Shown here one piece after another: positions 61,093 through 64,000 of a stretch of DNA of 64,000 bases; the first letter of the stretch is position 1, and each line of letters opens with the position of its first letter. The stretch comes from Alphaproteobacteria bacterium. Lineage in GTDB: Bacteria; Pseudomonadota; Alphaproteobacteria; UBA7887. The notes below the pieces were generated by a model that worked only from the letters and a program-made list of their open reading frames with translations, was not told the origin of the DNA and did not search any database. Location of the stretch: NCBI GenBank assembly GCA_965216755.1, contig CBDCGL010000011.1, positions 1,664,001 to 1,728,000 on the forward strand. The letters run 5' to 3'. The position numbers and the translations under genes are program-made.

Positions 61093-63228
61093 CTAACTAT
61101 TTGACGAAGTTTCGTCCGACTCTGGCCGGGCACCGAAATGCGCCCATTTTGCCCGACCACCACGGTTCTCGATGTGATTGAGCAAAGCTGAGACGACCCG
61201 TCGATCAAAGATGCCGCCCGCATCCTCGAGCAGCGCGTTGGCCGCGTGATCCAGAGACATCGCGTCGCGATATGCGCGAACGCTCACCATGCCAACGAAG
61301 GCGTTGGCCACGGCAAGGATGCGCGCGCACATCTCGATTGCCTCACCCCGCAAGCCCAAGGGGCCGCTGCCATCCCATCGCTCTTTCGCTTGACGCACCG
61401 TCTCGACGACCGGCCCGTCGAAATCTACGCCGGCCAGTAAGCGCGCGGTTTCCTCACACAACCCGTTGAGCTGCGCACGTTCATCATCGGTGAGCGCGTC
61501 GGTTTTGCGCAGCAATTCCGGTGCGACCAGCAATTTGCCAACATTGAGCAAACGACCGGCAATTTCGACAGTCTCGACTTGCTGCTCACTCAGCCGCATT
61601 TCTTGTGCGATCGCCCGCGCGACGTCGGACACATGGGCTGACTGGCCGGCAGCGAAAGGATCGCGGCGATCGACCAACCCAACCAGCGTCTCGATCAGTT
61701 GGCCAAGCACACGTTCGCGTCGCTCCTGCGCCGTGACGACGTTTGTAATGTCGTCAAAGCGGACGAGCACCCCATCCGGTCGCAGGCGGGTCACCGGCAA
61801 GCGCAGATGAATCGTCGTGACCACATGGTGTTGGCCATCTTCGTCGTACCGGTGAACATGGTGGGCAGGAAGGCCGTTATCCAAGACCCTCTTGTTGATC
61901 GCTTCGATGGCGGCAGCCCGCGCCGGACCGATGACCTGCGTCATGGTCTTGCCGATCATATCGCGCGGATGCATTTCAACCGCTTGCGCCGCCGCCATAT
62001 TGGCGAAAATGTAGCGCCCGGCCCGATCAACGGCGATCAACGGGTCGGTCAAGCCATCGGTGACGACGCGCAGGAAACTTGTAACATTCTCGAATTTCTC
62101 GGCGGTTTCGCGATAGCGTTCGGCCGCTGCCGTGGCGCGCAACGAGCTGCCATGACGCCAGACTGCCACCAAAGCAATCGCGACTCCGGCGAGTATGGTC
62201 AAAAAGATCGTCGACAGCGTCCGCGCGCGTGCGTTGATTTCCGTTAGCGCCTCGCGTGACGCTATGGTCCGTACAATATACCAGGGCGCTTGGGTCAGTG
62301 CCCGCCCGGTCACCAAGACATCTTCGCTCTTGTAGTCCCGACCAATGGCGAACCCGCCGGGTCTGCCAATGACAAATGCCGCCGCCAGATCCGGCGTATC
62401 TTGCGCTAGCACACGTTTGAGGGGCGCAGAGCCATCACTGAGTGGCGACAGATATTCGATGGTTTCTGCGCCCTTGCGAACCAAATACGTTTCCGCGCCG
62501 GCCGGCACATCGCCGGGTTGTTGGAGTTGGTCGAACAGCTCATTTCCGACCAGCCGTAAACCGACGACCAGACCTATGGGTTCAGACGCGCCATCGTCTG
62601 CCTGAATGGCGTAGACGGGCACCGCGAAGCCCATGGTTGGTTCACCGCTGGCGCCGACATACATGTCGGCAACACCGATGCGGCCGCTTGCCGCATCGGC
62701 CATGGCACGTCGGACGGTGCCGGCCGGCGGCGGCATCGTTGCCGTTGCCACGACAACATTCCCGTTCACGTCGGTTAGCGCGAGGCCGGCAAGCCCGACC
62801 CGTTCGACATTTGCGGCGACGATATCGGCGGTATCGGCTATGGGCGTGTCGAAACCGCTTCGCTGGGCCGTCACCTCCAAAAGGTTGCGAAGGTACGAAT
62901 ATTCCGCCGGTTCCGGCTCGCTCGCGCCCCCGTCGGACGGCAGCATGAGCTCGGTCATGTAGATTTGCAGCGATGCGTTATCCGCAAGGTCGCGCAAATT
63001 GGCGATTTGTGAATCCAGCCATTGACCGACCGCGGCCGCGCGCGTGTCAGCAACTACGCCCAACCGAACCTGCCACGACTGAAGATCGCGCTGTCGCTCT
63101 GCTTCGACAAACCGGAAAACACCCCAGACCCCGGCAAATCCAGCCAGAATGAAAGCGACCGCGACGACTATGACGAAGCGGTTTGCGCGCCCCGTCGGAA
63201 TACGTCCGCCGATCGCCAGCTCAGACAT
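61093..63228 (-). CDS. TM - periplasmic Cache-like - TM - PAS - degenerate HD-GYP protein
   Basis: Two TMs flank a ~300-aa periplasmic region; PAS (YIFAN..MIGKT); HD-GYP fold with RDPFAAGQS, LLNVGK, AKERWDGSGP and VANAFVGMVSVRAYR. Confidence 0.85.
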   Translation of the reverse strand: MSELAIGGRIPTGRANRFVIVVAVAFILAGFAGVWGVFRFVEAERQRDLQSWQVRLGVVADTRAAAVGQWLDSQIANLRDLADNASLQIYMTELMLPSDGGASEPEPAEYSYLRNLLEVTAQRSGFDTPIADTADIVAANVERVGLAGLALTDVNGNVVVATATMPPPAGTVRRAMADAASGRIGVADMYVGASGEPTMGFAVPVYAIQADDGASEPIGLVVGLRLVGNELFDQLQQPGDVPAGAETYLVRKGAETIEYLSPLSDGSAPLKRVLAQDTPDLAAAFVIGRPGGFAIGRDYKSEDVLVTGRALTQAPWYIVRTIASREALTEINARARTLSTIFLTILAGVAIALVAVWRHGSSLRATAAAERYRETAEKFENVTSFLRVVTDGLTDPLIAVDRAGRYIFANMAAAQAVEMHPRDMIGKTMTQVIGPARAAAIEAINKRVLDNGLPAHHVHRYDEDGQHHVVTTIHLRLPVTRLRPDGVLVRFDDITNVVTAQERRERVLGQLIETLVGLVDRRDPFAAGQSAHVSDVARAIAQEMRLSEQQVETVEIAGRLLNVGKLLVAPELLRKTDALTDDERAQLNGLCEETARLLAGVDFDGPVVETVRQAKERWDGSGPLGLRGEAIEMCARILAVANAFVGMVSVRAYRDAMSLDHAANALLEDAGGIFDRRVVSALLNHIENRGGRAKWAHFGARPESDETSSNS

Positions 63229-63409
63229 GGGTTATCGACCGCACGCCGCGCGCGCGCCGCCGCGGCCAACCTTCGGCTCCTGAACAACGACGGTATTTCC
63301 GCACGTCCCCCGCCCCGCCTGACTTAATCGATGGGTGCTCGACACAGCGCGATAGTATCAACGCCGAGTGTTAACGAAGTCCTCATTACTGAAGTGTTAA
63401 CGTGGGGTT

Positions 63410-64000
63410 ATGATCATGCCCCATCAAAGCCCAGCGTTACCGCCCATTGTCCGCCGCGGGTGTCTCGCTCTAGCGATCGCCGTGATCGCTTGGTGCGGAA
63501 ATATGACCACCGTCACAGCGGAAACCGATGCGGCGATATTTCGCAGTACCGAGATTCGCAAGGATGGCCTGCGCCCATTTCCCAAATGGACAGGTGCCCT
63601 GGAAAAATACTTCCAGGAACGAGCCAATGCTGAGGGCGGTTGCGAAGCACCGGAATTCAACCGCTGCCACTATGAAGCCTGGCAAACATTTATCGATAGT
63701 TTGCGCGATCGAGACCTCAAGACCCAACTCAAAGAAGTCAATCGGTTCATGAACCGGCGGCGCTACATCACCGATCCGATCAACTGGGGTGTCAAGGATT
63801 ATTGGGAATCACCCGGCGAATTTTTCGAAAAATATGGTGATTGTGAAGATTATTCGATTGCCAAATTCTTGACCCTGCGCGCGCTGGGGATCAATCCGGA
63901 CAACATGCGGATTGTGATTGTTATGGATTTAAACCTGAACGTTCAACATGCCGTATTGGGTGTATATCAAGATGGCAAAATCTTGGTCCTCGACAACCAA
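63410..64000 (+). CDS. Transglutaminase-like cysteine proteinase (BTLCP/LapG family); runs off the window
   Basis: Not in the ORF track. Manual translation shows a signal peptide, VNRFMN, DYWESP.EF, and the GDCEDY (Cys), HAVL (His), VLDN (Asp) triad. Confidence 0.92.
   Translation, partial: MIMPHQSPALPPIVRRGCLALAIAVIAWCGNMTTVTAETDAAIFRSTEIRKDGLRPFPKWTGALEKYFQERANAEGGCEAPEFNRCHYEAWQTFIDSLRDRDLKTQLKEVNRFMNRRRYITDPINWGVKDYWESPGEFFEKYGDCEDYSIAKFLTLRALGINPDNMRIVIVMDLNLNVQHAVLGVYQDGKILVLDNQ

Overview
GC-rich bacterial chromosomal segment, most likely from an alphaproteobacterium (mipZ-VWA-J-domain cluster, clade I nosRZDFYL, IS427-type IS5, alphaproteobacterial-type REP palindromes). In order: a detoxification/catabolic block (CoA-transferase III, three GSTs, EmrAB pump, molybdo-enzyme with divergent AraC, VOC, SDRs); a SAM-cyclase-NTPase-TPR protein; a 5-unit array of ~131-bp inverted REP-like doublets with fixed 37-nt spacers; a 2OG oxygenase, a GGDEF/EAL protein, an enolase-family enzyme and a split biotin-carboxylase/AHS1/AHS2 operon; a probable island downstream of tRNA-Glu (about 23.9-38.2 kb) holding cytochrome c', IS3/IS630 remnants, the N2O reductase operon, an intact IS5, a decayed methyltransferase and a MauG-like diheme enzyme with an unknown partner; core and catabolic genes (mipZ, OYE, LhgO-like, DUF4139, tartrate dehydrogenase-like, pdxA2 plus DUF1537 kinase, GH25); a secreted metallo-lactonase with a His-decorated GldAFG/DUF4340-type ABC system; an Fnr/cytochrome c/PPK2 block; and a membrane-bound, apparently catalytically dead HD-GYP protein divergent from a LapG-like protease. 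The best candidates for undescribed systems are the dead HD-GYP/LapG pair, the lactonase plus His-rich ABC operon, the Trp-less MauG homolog with its partner, and the REP-doublet array. All calls rest on motifs read by eye; no database searches were run.
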